Source: Bacteroidota bacterium
GTDB taxonomy: Bacteria > Bacteroidota > Bacteroidia > UKL13-3
Assembly (NCBI GenBank): GCA_947464275.1
Contig: CANHVU010000011.1
Coordinates: 23,429 to 87,428, forward strand
Reading direction: 5' to 3'
DNA length: 64,000 nucleotides
Shown here: positions 21,005-30,447 of the stretch, piece by piece
Layout of the letters: each line of letters begins with the position of its first letter
How positions within the stretch are numbered: position 1 is the stretch's first letter
Position numbers and translations under genes: made by a program
Notes under the pieces: model-generated
Database searches by the model: none
Seen by the model: the letters and a program-made list of their open reading frames with translations, nothing else
What the model was told of the DNA's origin: nothing

Positions 21005-21484
21005 ATGATTTCAGTGTTATTTGTGTGTTTAGGAAATATTTGCAGATCCCCTCTTGCAGAGGCATTATTTATGCAACATGTTAACAAACAACTTTTAAAT
21101 GATAGGTTTAAAGCAGATTCTGCAGGAACTGCTTCTTATCACCTAGGAGAACTGCCGGATATTCGCACACGTAATACTGCTTTAAGAATAAGTAATTTAA
21201 AGTTAACACATAAAGCTAGGCAATTTAATTCTGGAGATTTTCTGTTATTCGATTATATAGTTGCTATGGATAAAACCAATTTTCAAAATATTATGAAACT
21301 TCGCCCAGACAACGCTAAAGCCGAAGTGTTATTAATGAGACATTTTGATAGCATGATACAAAATGAAGATACCATTCCTGACCCCTATTATGGTACAGAA
21401 ATTGATTTTGAAGAGGTCCATTACATGTTACTTGACTGTACTCAAACGTTTTTAAAAAAATTAAGTGCTAAAAACAATAATTAA
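21005..21484 (+). CDS. Low-molecular-weight protein-tyrosine phosphatase
   Basis: VLFVCLGNICRSPLAEALF is a CX5R(S) P-loop. DPYYG is present near the C-terminus. Confidence 0.92.
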   Translation: MISVLFVCLGNICRSPLAEALFMQHVNKQLLNDRFKADSAGTASYHLGELPDIRTRNTALRISNLKLTHKARQFNSGDFLLFDYIVAMDKTNFQNIMKLRPDNAKAEVLLMRHFDSMIQNEDTIPDPYYGTEIDFEEVHYMLLDCTQTFLKKLSAKNNN

Positions 21485-21534
21485 AGCTTTCTTCCCTTTC
21501 AGTTCATTTAAATAAAAAGTTTGATCAAATAAGA

Positions 21535-24450
21535 ATGAAATCACGAAAAATTATTTTTTATCATTTGCCCTTTTTATTTCTTTTAACTTTTTTTTCTATC
21601 CATGTAATTGCGCAGTACCCCGCCTATATTTCGTTAGAAAATGAGAATATTTTGTCCTCAAAACAAACCTATGACTTATTTCTAGACAAAAAAGGATTTG
21701 TTTGGATAGGCCATGATAAAGGAATTACAAAATATTCAGGCTATAATTCTAAATATTACTCTCATCCTAAAATGAATAGCTTTGAATTAAGTAACATTTT
21801 AGAAGATGATAATGGCATAATATGGTGTTCAAATTTTATAGGACAAATATTTTATGTAAAAAACGACTCGCTCAATTTATTGAATGACAAACCTAAGTAT
21901 AACTTCTTTGGAAAATCAGGTTTAACTTATGGAAATAAACATATTTATTTTGTTGAAAACAATGAGTTAAACGAAGTAGATATCAATAATTATAAAATAG
22001 CCAAAATTCCTTTCTATAAGGATTTGAAAATTTATTCATATAGTTTTAACCAAAAATTAGGTTTATTACTTTATACCAAAAATGGCATATATGCATTTAA
22101 AAATAAAAAAATTTTATTAATTTCAAAATGCTATGACGCACAAAAATCAATCTATTTAAAGTGTATTGATGATAAAATACTTGGCGTTGACATTATTAAA
22201 AGAACGGTATATCAACTTATAAATAATACTTGGCAATACTTCCTTTCTTCAAAAAAATCATCTGCCGATATAACTACCATTAATAAAATTAACAATAAAA
22301 TTTATTGTAATACCTATAATGGAATCATAATCCAAGATTTAAAAACGAAGAGGATTGAACATTTTTTTAAAGATTACTCTTTTAGTGATGAAATAATTGA
22401 CAATCAAGGAAATTTGTGGGTTAGTACATTAACAAGTGGGGTTTTCATTGTTCCTGAAAGCAAAAACATCAAACAATTTTTAGAACGAGTAGACAATATT
22501 ACCTCTATATGCTTGATTAACGAAAAAAACATGATTGCTTTAGGCACTAAAAATGGAAAAATTTATTTGCTTAATAAATCAACTTTGGAAATAATTAAAC
22601 AAATTAACTTAACTGAAATAAAAAATGTAGAAAACATTTATTACAACCCTAAAACAAACGAATTAAATGTTTCTACATTAAACCACACAGTAATTAACTT
22701 AGACAATTATTCACTTAAAACTATTCCTCAAATTCATAATGCCAAAAGCATTATTGAATATAATAACCAATATGTTTTTGTTAACTCTAATACCCTTTCA
22801 GTAGTTAATACAAATGGTAGTGATATAGAAAAAGCAGTGGCTAATTGGCCTTTTTCAGTGGAAGAACAACAAAGCAGAAAAAGAATTGATTTAGTATCAA
22901 ATGAACGATTTTTTAAAATTCAATATTTTGAAAAACGAAAACTCTTTATTACATCTAGTATCAATAATATTTATTGGTTAAGCAATAAAAAAATTGGAAC
23001 AATAAAATACAATGGCAATCCAATTTCCGCTAAACAAATGTTAATTTATAATAATACTATTTTTGCATCTCAAACAAATAAAGGTTTATTCATAATTACA
23101 GACACTAATAAGGTAACTTTAATGAATAATGAATCACTAAAATCAATAAATAATTTTTGTATTAGTGGTAACCATTTAATACTTAATACCAATTACGGTT
23201 TATATAGTTTCAACATAAAAACTAACCAAATTACAAATCTATCAAAAAACATCAACTACCCCACCCAATCATTAGAACTTATAGAAGGTGACAATAACTA
23301 TATTTATGCTACTGACATGAATACAATTGTAAAACTAAGCAATAAAATTATATTTAACAAATCATATAAAACACCTCTTTATATTAACAAAATACTTGTC
23401 AATAACTTGCTTAACAATGACTTATTAAATCTTAATCATACTGATAATAATATTACCATATTTTTTGACATTATTAACTATAAACTTCCTAAGGAAATTC
23501 TAATAAAATACAGGTTGAACTCTAATGATGATTGGAAAGTTGTAAATGCAAATCAAGGATTTATAAATTTTAGTTTGTTACCTGGACAGGATTATAACAT
23601 AGAAATTCAATTAGCTAACACCGAAGGAGCAAATAGTACTTTAGTAAAAATCAGAATAGCACCACCCTATTACAAATCATGGTGGTTTATTGTACTTATT
23701 GTTTTATTCAGTGCCGGTATAGCATTACTCATTATGTTTATACGAATAAAAAATTTAAAGTATAAAAACAAACTCATAATTGAGAAGGTGATGCTCGAAA
23801 AAGATTTGAGGCAATCGCTTTTAACAAGCATTAGAACTCAAATGAATCCTCATTTTATATTCAATGCGCTCAACACTATTCACAGCTTTATATATACAAA
23901 CGACAAAAAAAATGCATCAGACTATTTGGTGAAATTTAGTGATTTAACAAGGCTTGTACTTGAAATGAGTGAAAAGGAAGCTGTTACTCTGAAAGAGGAA
24001 ATAAAAGCGCTAGAACTATACCTTAGTTTAGAAAATGTAAGATTAAATGAAATGCTTGATTATAATTTTATAATAGATTCAAGTATAGTTAAAGATTATA
24101 TTAGAATACCACCCATGATTATTCAACCATATGTAGAAAACGCTGTTAAACATGGCTTGCTTCACAAGAAAGGCGAAAAGAAATTATTCATTTATTTTAC
24201 CCTCAATAAACATTTAATTACAATTACCATTGAAGACAATGGAGTTGGCAGAGGGAAAAGTAAAGAGATAAATTTGATTAAGGCAAAATCACATAAATCA
24301 TTTTCGACCAATGCCAATAAAAAACGAATAGAAATTTTAAATCTATCGCAAGAAGGTAAAAAAACGGGTGTTGATATTGTTGATTTATTTGATGAAAACA
24401 AAATACCTATTGGAACAAGAGTAATAATTGAAATACCTATAGTAGTTTAA
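21535..24450 (+). CDS. Sensor histidine kinase, LytS/YehU type, with a large periplasmic propeller/Y_Y_Y-like sensor
   Basis: 971 aa with an N-terminal signal or TM segment. Repeated GxxWxG-type motifs are present (KGFVWIGHDKGITKY, GIIWCSNFIGQIFY, GNLWVSTLTSGVFIV). A TM helix lies at WWFIVLIVLFSAGIALLIMFI. The His_kinase motif is MNPHFIFNALNTI, and HATPase N and G boxes follow (ENAVKHG, DNGVG). Confidence 0.88.
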   Translation: MKSRKIIFYHLPFLFLLTFFSIHVIAQYPAYISLENENILSSKQTYDLFLDKKGFVWIGHDKGITKYSGYNSKYYSHPKMNSFELSNILEDDNGIIWCSNFIGQIFYVKNDSLNLLNDKPKYNFFGKSGLTYGNKHIYFVENNELNEVDINNYKIAKIPFYKDLKIYSYSFNQKLGLLLYTKNGIYAFKNKKILLISKCYDAQKSIYLKCIDDKILGVDIIKRTVYQLINNTWQYFLSSKKSSADITTINKINNKIYCNTYNGIIIQDLKTKRIEHFFKDYSFSDEIIDNQGNLWVSTLTSGVFIVPESKNIKQFLERVDNITSICLINEKNMIALGTKNGKIYLLNKSTLEIIKQINLTEIKNVENIYYNPKTNELNVSTLNHTVINLDNYSLKTIPQIHNAKSIIEYNNQYVFVNSNTLSVVNTNGSDIEKAVANWPFSVEEQQSRKRIDLVSNERFFKIQYFEKRKLFITSSINNIYWLSNKKIGTIKYNGNPISAKQMLIYNNTIFASQTNKGLFIITDTNKVTLMNNESLKSINNFCISGNHLILNTNYGLYSFNIKTNQITNLSKNINYPTQSLELIEGDNNYIYATDMNTIVKLSNKIIFNKSYKTPLYINKILVNNLLNNDLLNLNHTDNNITIFFDIINYKLPKEILIKYRLNSNDDWKVVNANQGFINFSLLPGQDYNIEIQLANTEGANSTLVKIRIAPPYYKSWWFIVLIVLFSAGIALLIMFIRIKNLKYKNKLIIEKVMLEKDLRQSLLTSIRTQMNPHFIFNALNTIHSFIYTNDKKNASDYLVKFSDLTRLVLEMSEKEAVTLKEEIKALELYLSLENVRLNEMLDYNFIIDSSIVKDYIRIPPMIIQPYVENAVKHGLLHKKGEKKLFIYFTLNKHLITITIEDNGVGRGKSKEINLIKAKSHKSFSTNANKKRIEILNLSQEGKKTGVDIVDLFDENKIPIGTRVIIEIPIVV

Positions 24451-24456
24451 TAAAAA

Positions 24457-25227
24457 ATGAATTTGAACGCAATAATAATTGATGACGAGAAAATGGCACA
24501 AAACCTACTTTATGCCATGTTACAAGACAATTGTCCGGACATTAAAGTGCTCGAACGTTGCAATGATTTATCTAGCGGTATAACAGCTATTAATAAACAT
24601 AAACCAGATGTGGTATTCTTAGATATTGAAATGCCAGAACACAGTGGACTTGAAATTCTTACTTTCTTTAAGGAAGAGGAGCTTTTTTTTGATATTGTTT
24701 TTGTTACTGCTTATAGTGAATTTGCAGTTGATGCTTTTAAACTTTCTGCTGCAGACTATTTACTCAAACCTATCAACTCTGAAAACTTAATAAAAGCCAT
24801 TAAAAGACTTCAAAAAAGAAAAGAAAAAACAGGGGGGCAAACGCAGGTTTTAAGCACCTTAAAAAATAATTTAGACGCTCAAAGTATTAAAAAAATTGCC
24901 ATTACAGTTGGGCAGGGTGTAAAGCTAATTGAATTGTGCGAATTGGTTTACATGAAAGCTGACAGATCTTACACTGAAGTTGTTTTAAAAAATAATCAGT
25001 TATTTATAGTAAGCAAAAACTTGGGACAGTTTGAAGAAGCCCTAGAACCTTGTAGCAATTTTATTAGAATAAATAAATCATACATTGTTAATTTAGATTT
25101 TATTACTGAAATTAATAAAAGTGATGGTGGATTTATTATGTTAGACAATAAGCACGAAATAGCCATCAGCCTGGAAAAAAGAGATGCCATTATGAAACTA
25201 ATTGAACAAAAAATATACAAAGTTTAA
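24457..25227 (+). CDS. LytTR-family response regulator
   Basis: The receiver domain has IIDDE and DVVFLDIEMP. The C-terminal LytTR domain reads IELCELVYMKADRSYTEVVL. It starts 6 nt after the kinase stop. Confidence 0.92.
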   Translation: MNLNAIIIDDEKMAQNLLYAMLQDNCPDIKVLERCNDLSSGITAINKHKPDVVFLDIEMPEHSGLEILTFFKEEELFFDIVFVTAYSEFAVDAFKLSAADYLLKPINSENLIKAIKRLQKRKEKTGGQTQVLSTLKNNLDAQSIKKIAITVGQGVKLIELCELVYMKADRSYTEVVLKNNQLFIVSKNLGQFEEALEPCSNFIRINKSYIVNLDFITEINKSDGGFIMLDNKHEIAISLEKRDAIMKLIEQKIYKV

Positions 25228-25235
25228 TACCAATT

Positions 25236-25583
25236 ATGAATAAAATTTATACCTCCTATTTTTATCTTTTTTTAGCCGTAGTTGGCGGTTCTATTACATT
25301 CTATTATGTTATGTTAGGCACCATGGCAGAGCATGGTAATTTTAACGTAATCGAATTTATTCAAAGCACTTGGGTAGATAGTTATTATGCCAAAAGTTTA
25401 ACTGTTGATTTTTGGACAGGAGCCATTGCGGGAACTTTTTTTGTATTGGTAGAAGGAAACAGACTAAAAATGAAACTTTTTTGGTTGTTTCCTATTGTAA
25501 TTATTTTAATAGGTTTTGCCTTTGGTTTTCCATTGTTTTTATATTTTAGGCATAAAAAGATTATTGCTGAAAATAATCTTTAA
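25236..25583 (+). CDS. Small integral membrane protein (DUF2834-like, tentative)
   Basis: 115 aa with three or four hydrophobic helices. Its 3' end overlaps the convergent uvrC 3' end by 23 nt. Confidence 0.55.
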   Translation: MNKIYTSYFYLFLAVVGGSITFYYVMLGTMAEHGNFNVIEFIQSTWVDSYYAKSLTVDFWTGAIAGTFFVLVEGNRLKMKLFWLFPIVIILIGFAFGFPLFLYFRHKKIIAENNL

Positions 25584-27357
25584 CTAATTTGGCCTTGGCC
25601 GCACCAATAATATCTGTTAGTAATTCCATACTTGCCTCCTGAATTTTTTTTACCGATTTCAATTCCTTTAAAAGCATTTTAGCTGTTTCAGGGCCAATAC
25701 CTTTAATATTTTCAAGTTCGGTTACAAAAGTATTTTTGCTACGTCTATTTCGGTGGTTGGTTATTCCAAATCTATGGGCTTCATCACGCAAGTGTTGAAT
25801 AATTCTTAATGTTTCTGATTTTTTATCTAAATACAATGGAAATTCATCGTCAGGATAATACAACTCTTCTAATCTTTTGGCAATGCCAATAACCGGTATT
25901 TTACCATATAAATTAAGTTTTACTAAACTGCTAATAGCCGAACTTAACTGGCCTTTTCCACCATCAATAATTATTAAGTTTGGTAGTGGCTGCTCCTCTT
26001 CCAATAAACGTTTATAGCGCCTATAAATAACTTCCTCCATGGTGGCAAAATCATCTGGGCCTTCCACCGTTTTTACATTAAAAATACGGTAATCCTTTTT
26101 ACTTGGTTTTGCATCTTTGAATACCACACAAGCCGAAACCGGGTTTGTACCTTGTAAATTGGAGTTATCAAAACATTCAATATGATGAGGTAAATCTTTT
26201 AAACGCAAATCGTTTTTCATTTGTGTTAATACCCTATCTACTTTCAGCTCAGGATTAACAGCCTCATATTTGGTTAATTTATCTTTTTTATAATAAAGTG
26301 CATTTTTAAGTGATAAGTCTAATAACTTTTTTCTATCGCCTGCCTTAGGAACAGTGATTTCTATTTTTTCGGTACTCCAATCTAGCTCAAATGGAACAAT
26401 AATTTCTTTACTAGTACTGTGGTATTCATCTCTTACCTCGGCAATGGCAAAACTCAATAATTCCGCATCGGTTTCTTCCATTTTTTTCTTTACCTCAAAA
26501 GTTTGCGTTTGAATAATAATTCCATTCGATACTTTTAAATAATTGATAAAGGCAAATTTTTCATCACTAACTACACTAAATACATCTACATCATTCAAAA
26601 TACTAGAAACTATGGAAGATTTTCCTTGATAATTTTCCAAGGCATCCAACTTACGTTTGTAACGTGCGGCATCTTCAAATTTAAGTTCTTCGGCCGCAGC
26701 TTGCATAAACTGGCGCAAATGAGTTTTAACCTCTCCTAAGTTTCCTCGCAAAATACTTTTTATATTTTTTATATTTTGAGAGTATTCCTCTTCTTTCATT
26801 AATCCCACACAAGGCGCTTTGCAGTTGCCAATATCAAACTCCAAACACGTTTTAAATTTAAATTCATTTATATTTTTTTCTGACAAATTGAAATTGCAAT
26901 TTCGCAGTGGATAAATGGTTTTTATTAAATCTAAAATGGTATACATCATATTTCCAGAAGCATAAGGACCAAAATATTCACTTCCATCTTTTATATGATT
27001 TCTAGTTGGAAAAATTCTTGGAAAACGTTCTTGCTTTACACAAATAAATGGATATGTTTTATCGTCTCTTAAGCTAATATTGAACTTCGGCTTGTATTTT
27101 TTGATTAATGAATTTTCTAATATTAAAGCATCAATTTCTGTTTCTACTAATGTAAACTCAATATTACAAATGCGGCTAACCAACATTTCTGTTTTGCGAC
27201 TATCGTGGTGGTTTTTGTTAAAATAGCTGCTTACACGTTTTTTTAAACTTTTGGCTTTGCCAATATAAATAAGCGTTCCATCTTTATCAAAATACTTATA
27301 GATACCTGGCGTTTCGGGTAATGATGAAATGATTTCTTTTAAATGTGGTGTTTGCAT
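25561..27357 (-). CDS. uvrC: Excinuclease ABC subunit C
   Basis: 598 aa. It has a GIY-YIG N-terminus (PGIYKYFDKDGTLIYIGKAKSLKKRV), a UVR domain, the endonuclease V-like region and C-terminal HhH motifs. Confidence 0.96.
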   Translation of the reverse strand: MQTPHLKEIISSLPETPGIYKYFDKDGTLIYIGKAKSLKKRVSSYFNKNHHDSRKTEMLVSRICNIEFTLVETEIDALILENSLIKKYKPKFNISLRDDKTYPFICVKQERFPRIFPTRNHIKDGSEYFGPYASGNMMYTILDLIKTIYPLRNCNFNLSEKNINEFKFKTCLEFDIGNCKAPCVGLMKEEEYSQNIKNIKSILRGNLGEVKTHLRQFMQAAAEELKFEDAARYKRKLDALENYQGKSSIVSSILNDVDVFSVVSDEKFAFINYLKVSNGIIIQTQTFEVKKKMEETDAELLSFAIAEVRDEYHSTSKEIIVPFELDWSTEKIEITVPKAGDRKKLLDLSLKNALYYKKDKLTKYEAVNPELKVDRVLTQMKNDLRLKDLPHHIECFDNSNLQGTNPVSACVVFKDAKPSKKDYRIFNVKTVEGPDDFATMEEVIYRRYKRLLEEEQPLPNLIIIDGGKGQLSSAISSLVKLNLYGKIPVIGIAKRLEELYYPDDEFPLYLDKKSETLRIIQHLRDEAHRFGITNHRNRRSKNTFVTELENIKGIGPETAKMLLKELKSVKKIQEASMELLTDIIGAAKAKLVKDYFQQ

Positions 27358-27372
27358 TGCTGCGCAAATGTA
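27324..27372 (-). repeat. Copy 1 of a 49-nt duplication (uvrC first 11 codons plus upstream -7 box)
   Basis: 44 of 49 nt are identical to 27901-27949. It contains the uvrC ATG (27357-27355) and TACATTTG on the minus strand (27372-27365). Confidence 0.9.
27365..27372 (-). promoter_or_regulatory. Candidate Bacteroidota sigma-A -7 box TAcaTTTG for uvrC
   Basis: The minus-strand sequence TACATTTG matches the TAnnTTTG consensus. It lies 7 nt upstream of the uvrC ATG, which would give a near-leaderless mRNA. An identical box with identical spacing sits at 27949-27942 upstream of the duplicated ATG. Confidence 0.5.
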
Positions 27373-27403
27373 AATTAATTAAATCCAATATGTTTGTGTC
27401 ATA

Positions 27404-27934
27404 TTACTTTTGAAAAATACTTCTATAATTCAACAAGTCAATCCTTAAGGAATCACAATCACTATTTTCAATAAAACAGCAACGAGTACAATATTGTACT
27501 AGGTAAAAATTATTCTTTAAATAAAAAGAGGATATTGATTTGGGTCCAAAACAAACACAAGATTGAATTTTTAACCAATTTTTCAATTTTGATGAAAATG
27601 TTTTCTTTAATTTAGTTGAATCAAAAACTTTAAAACAAACTTTTAAAGATGTATCTTTTTTGTTAATGAATTCTAATCCGCCACAAACATTTTCATCTAA
27701 AAATTTATATGATTTATTATTATAACATACATCCCATGATTTGCTTTTGAAATTAGTCCAATTATTTGTAAAACTTTGAGCATTCATTGAATTAGTAAAT
27801 TGAAAGAATATAATAAAGAAAACTATTTTCATAAATAATTGACCAATAAAGACTTCAATACTTAAGAATCTCCTTTTCAATCTAAACATGTTTGAAATAG
27901 GTGAAATGATTTCTTTTAGATGAGGTGTTTGCAT
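27404..27934 (-). CDS. Small Cys-rich secreted protein; the ORF is fused in frame to a duplicated uvrC N-terminus
   Basis: The ORF begins MQTPHLKEIIS, identical to the uvrC start. Alternative starts are M16 (27889) and M35 (27832; MKIVFFIIFFQFTNSMNAQ signal peptide). The mature part has 9 Cys. No family was recognised. Confidence 0.6.
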   Translation of the reverse strand: MQTPHLKEIISPISNMFRLKRRFLSIEVFIGQLFMKIVFFIIFFQFTNSMNAQSFTNNWTNFKSKSWDVCYNNKSYKFLDENVCGGLEFINKKDTSLKVCFKVFDSTKLKKTFSSKLKNWLKIQSCVCFGPKSISSFYLKNNFYLVQYCTRCCFIENSDCDSLRIDLLNYRSIFQK

Positions 27935-27949
27935 TATTGCGCAAATGTA
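27901..27949 (-). repeat. Copy 2 of the 49-nt uvrC 5' duplication
   Basis: gtgaaatgatttcttttagatgaggtgtttgcattattgcgcaaatgta compared with atgaaatgatttcttttaaatgtggtgtttgcattgctgcgcaaatgta at 27324-27372. Confidence 0.9.
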
Positions 27950-28096
27950 TACAAAAGGAATGAAGAGAATTAACTGGAATAACTATTTATACTCGTCTAA
28001 AAAAACTAATTCATAGCTTAATAGAGTTAGAAGGTTTTTGGAAAAAAACTTTTACACACTCCTTAAATATAAAAAATAAAGTATTTTATTTGCCAC

Positions 28097-28480
28097 ATGG
28101 ATTTGAAAGGAAAAGTAATTTTAACCATGCCATTAGTTACTGGCGAAGGTAAAAATGGCCAATGGCGCAAACAAGAGTTTGTTATAGAAACAGGCGATCA
28201 ATACCCTAAAAAAGTATTATTTAGTTTAATGGGTGCTAAAATTGACCAAAACCCTGTAGTACTCGGACAAGAAGTAGTAGTGAGTTTTGATGCTGAAAGT
28301 AGAGAGTACAATGGAAAATATTATACTAATCTGAATGCATGGAAAGTAAGTGCGGTAGGTGCTAGCAATAGTGCACCTCAAAACAATTTCCAACCAAGTG
28401 CACCTCAAAACAACTTTGAAGCACCTGCAAACATGTCGTTTAGTGGTGATGATAGCGCCTCAGACGATTTACCATTTTAA
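28097..28480 (+). CDS. DUF3127-like OB-fold protein with an SSB-type acidic C-terminal tip
   Basis: 127 aa. The N-terminus reads GKVILTMPLVTGEGKNGQWRKQEFVIET...YYTNLNAWKV. A tandem linker SAPQNNFQP/SAPQNNFEAP follows. The C-terminus is DDSASDDLPF. Confidence 0.7.
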   Translation: MDLKGKVILTMPLVTGEGKNGQWRKQEFVIETGDQYPKKVLFSLMGAKIDQNPVVLGQEVVVSFDAESREYNGKYYTNLNAWKVSAVGASNSAPQNNFQPSAPQNNFEAPANMSFSGDDSASDDLPF

Positions 28481-28504
28481 TAACTAAAAATTAGTCGTAT
28501 AGCT

Positions 28505-28534
28505 AAGGCTACCTTTTAAAGGTGGCCTTTTTTA
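28505..28534 (+). terminator. Intrinsic terminator
   Basis: Stem ggctacc (28507-28513) / ggtggcc (28521-28527) with one G.U pair, followed by a T-run at 28528-28533. Confidence 0.7.
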
Positions 28535-28598
28535 TTTTATTACCACTAATTTTTTAGCAGTAATAAAATGCTGCTTTTATATAAATTGCACCCACTAA

Positions 28599-29843
28599 AT
28601 GAAACCAACTGATATAGTAATTATAGGCGCAGGACCAGCAGGTTGCAGCACATCGCTTTTTTTAGCTAAAAATAAAATTCCGCATACCATTATTGACAAG
28701 GCTTTGTTTCCACGCGATAAAGTTTGTGGTGATGCTTTGAGCGGAAAAGTGGTATATGTAATGAAACAGCTTAACGAGCAAATGATTTATGATTACAACC
28801 AAAACAGCAATCAGTTTTTGCCTAGTTGGGGTGTAAAATTTGTAGCTCCTAATGGTAAATCAATTGATATTCCTTTTAAAAACGATATTAGCAAAGAAAC
28901 GCACGCGCCTGGTTTTATTAGCAAACGCATTGATTTTGATGCCAGTTTATTTAACAGATTAGACCGAAATTATGCGCAAGTATTTGATGGTACTGAGCTT
29001 ATAAATGTAGAAAAAACCAATATTGGCATTACTCTTCAACTTAAAAATAATACTGAAGAATTTGAAATTAAAGATGTAAAAATGCTGATTGGTGCTGAAG
29101 GCGATCGCTCTATTGTAGCTAAAAAACTATCGAACATAAAAAAGGAAAACGACCATTACTGTGCTGGAATTAGGGCCTATTACGAAGGTGTTACCGAATT
29201 ACATGCTCAAAATTTTATAGAACTACACTTTTTGGAAGAACTGCTGCCAGGTTATTTTTGGATTTTCCCATTACCAAACGGACAAGCCAATGTGGGTGCG
29301 GGCATGTTAAGTTCATCTGTTAGTGCTAAAAAAGTAAATTTAAAAGAAGATATGTTACGCGCCATTGCCAATAATCCTAAAATAAAACACCGTTTTGCCA
29401 ATGCTAATTTGGTGGGTAAAATTCAAGGTTGGGGATTGCCTTTAGGTAGCAAAAAACGTGTAATAAGTGGCGATAACTTTTTACTTACTGGCGATGCAGC
29501 AAGTTTAATTGATCCATTTACTGGTGAGGGAATAGGAAATGCTATGTATAGCGGTATGTTAGCTGCTGCGCATATTCAAAATTGTATTACACAAAATAAC
29601 TTTAGCGCTAGCTTTAACCAACAATACGACACTGCCTTTTACGACAGACAATGGGATGAATTAAAACTGAGCCATACCATGCAAAAGTTATGTAAATACC
29701 CATGGTTATTTAATTTTGTTGTAAACAAAGCCAATAAAAACAGAGCTTTACGCGAAACCATTAGTTGTATGTTTGAAGACCTAGATTTGAGAGCAAAATT
29801 GCGTAATCCTTTATTTTATGCAAAATTGCTTATTAACGATTAA
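28599..29843 (+). CDS. Geranylgeranyl reductase-family FAD-dependent oxidoreductase
   Basis: The FAD-binding motif is DIVIIGAGPAGCS. GDAASLIDPFTGEGIGNAM is also present. Confidence 0.85.
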   Translation: MKPTDIVIIGAGPAGCSTSLFLAKNKIPHTIIDKALFPRDKVCGDALSGKVVYVMKQLNEQMIYDYNQNSNQFLPSWGVKFVAPNGKSIDIPFKNDISKETHAPGFISKRIDFDASLFNRLDRNYAQVFDGTELINVEKTNIGITLQLKNNTEEFEIKDVKMLIGAEGDRSIVAKKLSNIKKENDHYCAGIRAYYEGVTELHAQNFIELHFLEELLPGYFWIFPLPNGQANVGAGMLSSSVSAKKVNLKEDMLRAIANNPKIKHRFANANLVGKIQGWGLPLGSKKRVISGDNFLLTGDAASLIDPFTGEGIGNAMYSGMLAAAHIQNCITQNNFSASFNQQYDTAFYDRQWDELKLSHTMQKLCKYPWLFNFVVNKANKNRALRETISCMFEDLDLRAKLRNPLFYAKLLIND

Positions 29844-29857
29844 TCAAATTAAAAATT

Positions 29858-30391
29858 ATGTTTGATAATATTAAGAACTTCATTGGGAAAATAATTTTAA
29901 GCAATCAGGTAAGTGCTAAAAAAAATAGGCATTTATTTATGCCTTTTGATAAAGCGCAAGAAATTGGAATTATTTATAATGCTAGTGAAGGCAACAACGA
30001 ACAAAAGATCCAACAGTTTGCTAGCGACCTAAGAAATGAAGGAAAAAAAGTTTACTTACTAGGATTTGTTAATGAAAAAGAATTAAGTTACAAAAAAGTA
30101 CCACATATTAGCAGCGAATTCTATTGGAAAGAAAAACTTAATTTTTTCAATTTACCTAGTGCTGAAAAAATTGGCAGGTTCATTGATACCCCCTTTGATT
30201 TGCTTTTTAATGTTTACCATGAAGAAAATATATCACTTCAAGGTGTTTCGGTTTTAAGTAAAGCCAAATATCAGCTAGGAGCGCAAATGAACCTTGCCAC
30301 CCAATTATTTGACATAACCATAGATACTGGAGAAAATAAAGATTTATATTATTTAGCCAAACAAATGGAGTTTTATTTAAAGGCAATTTGA
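29858..30391 (+). CDS. Hypothetical protein
   Basis: 177-aa ORF that starts 14 nt after the preceding stop. No family recognised. Confidence 0.5.
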   Translation: MFDNIKNFIGKIILSNQVSAKKNRHLFMPFDKAQEIGIIYNASEGNNEQKIQQFASDLRNEGKKVYLLGFVNEKELSYKKVPHISSEFYWKEKLNFFNLPSAEKIGRFIDTPFDLLFNVYHEENISLQGVSVLSKAKYQLGAQMNLATQLFDITIDTGENKDLYYLAKQMEFYLKAI

Positions 30392-30447
30392 CAAAAAAAT
30401 GCCAATTAAAATTATTCAATTCTAGTTTATAAGATATATTTGTACCT

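Noticed and set aside
25561-25583. The 23-nt convergent overlap of the small membrane-protein gene and uvrC as a regulatory feature
   Set aside because: Short 3'-3' overlaps are common in compact genomes. There is no structure or motif at the overlap.
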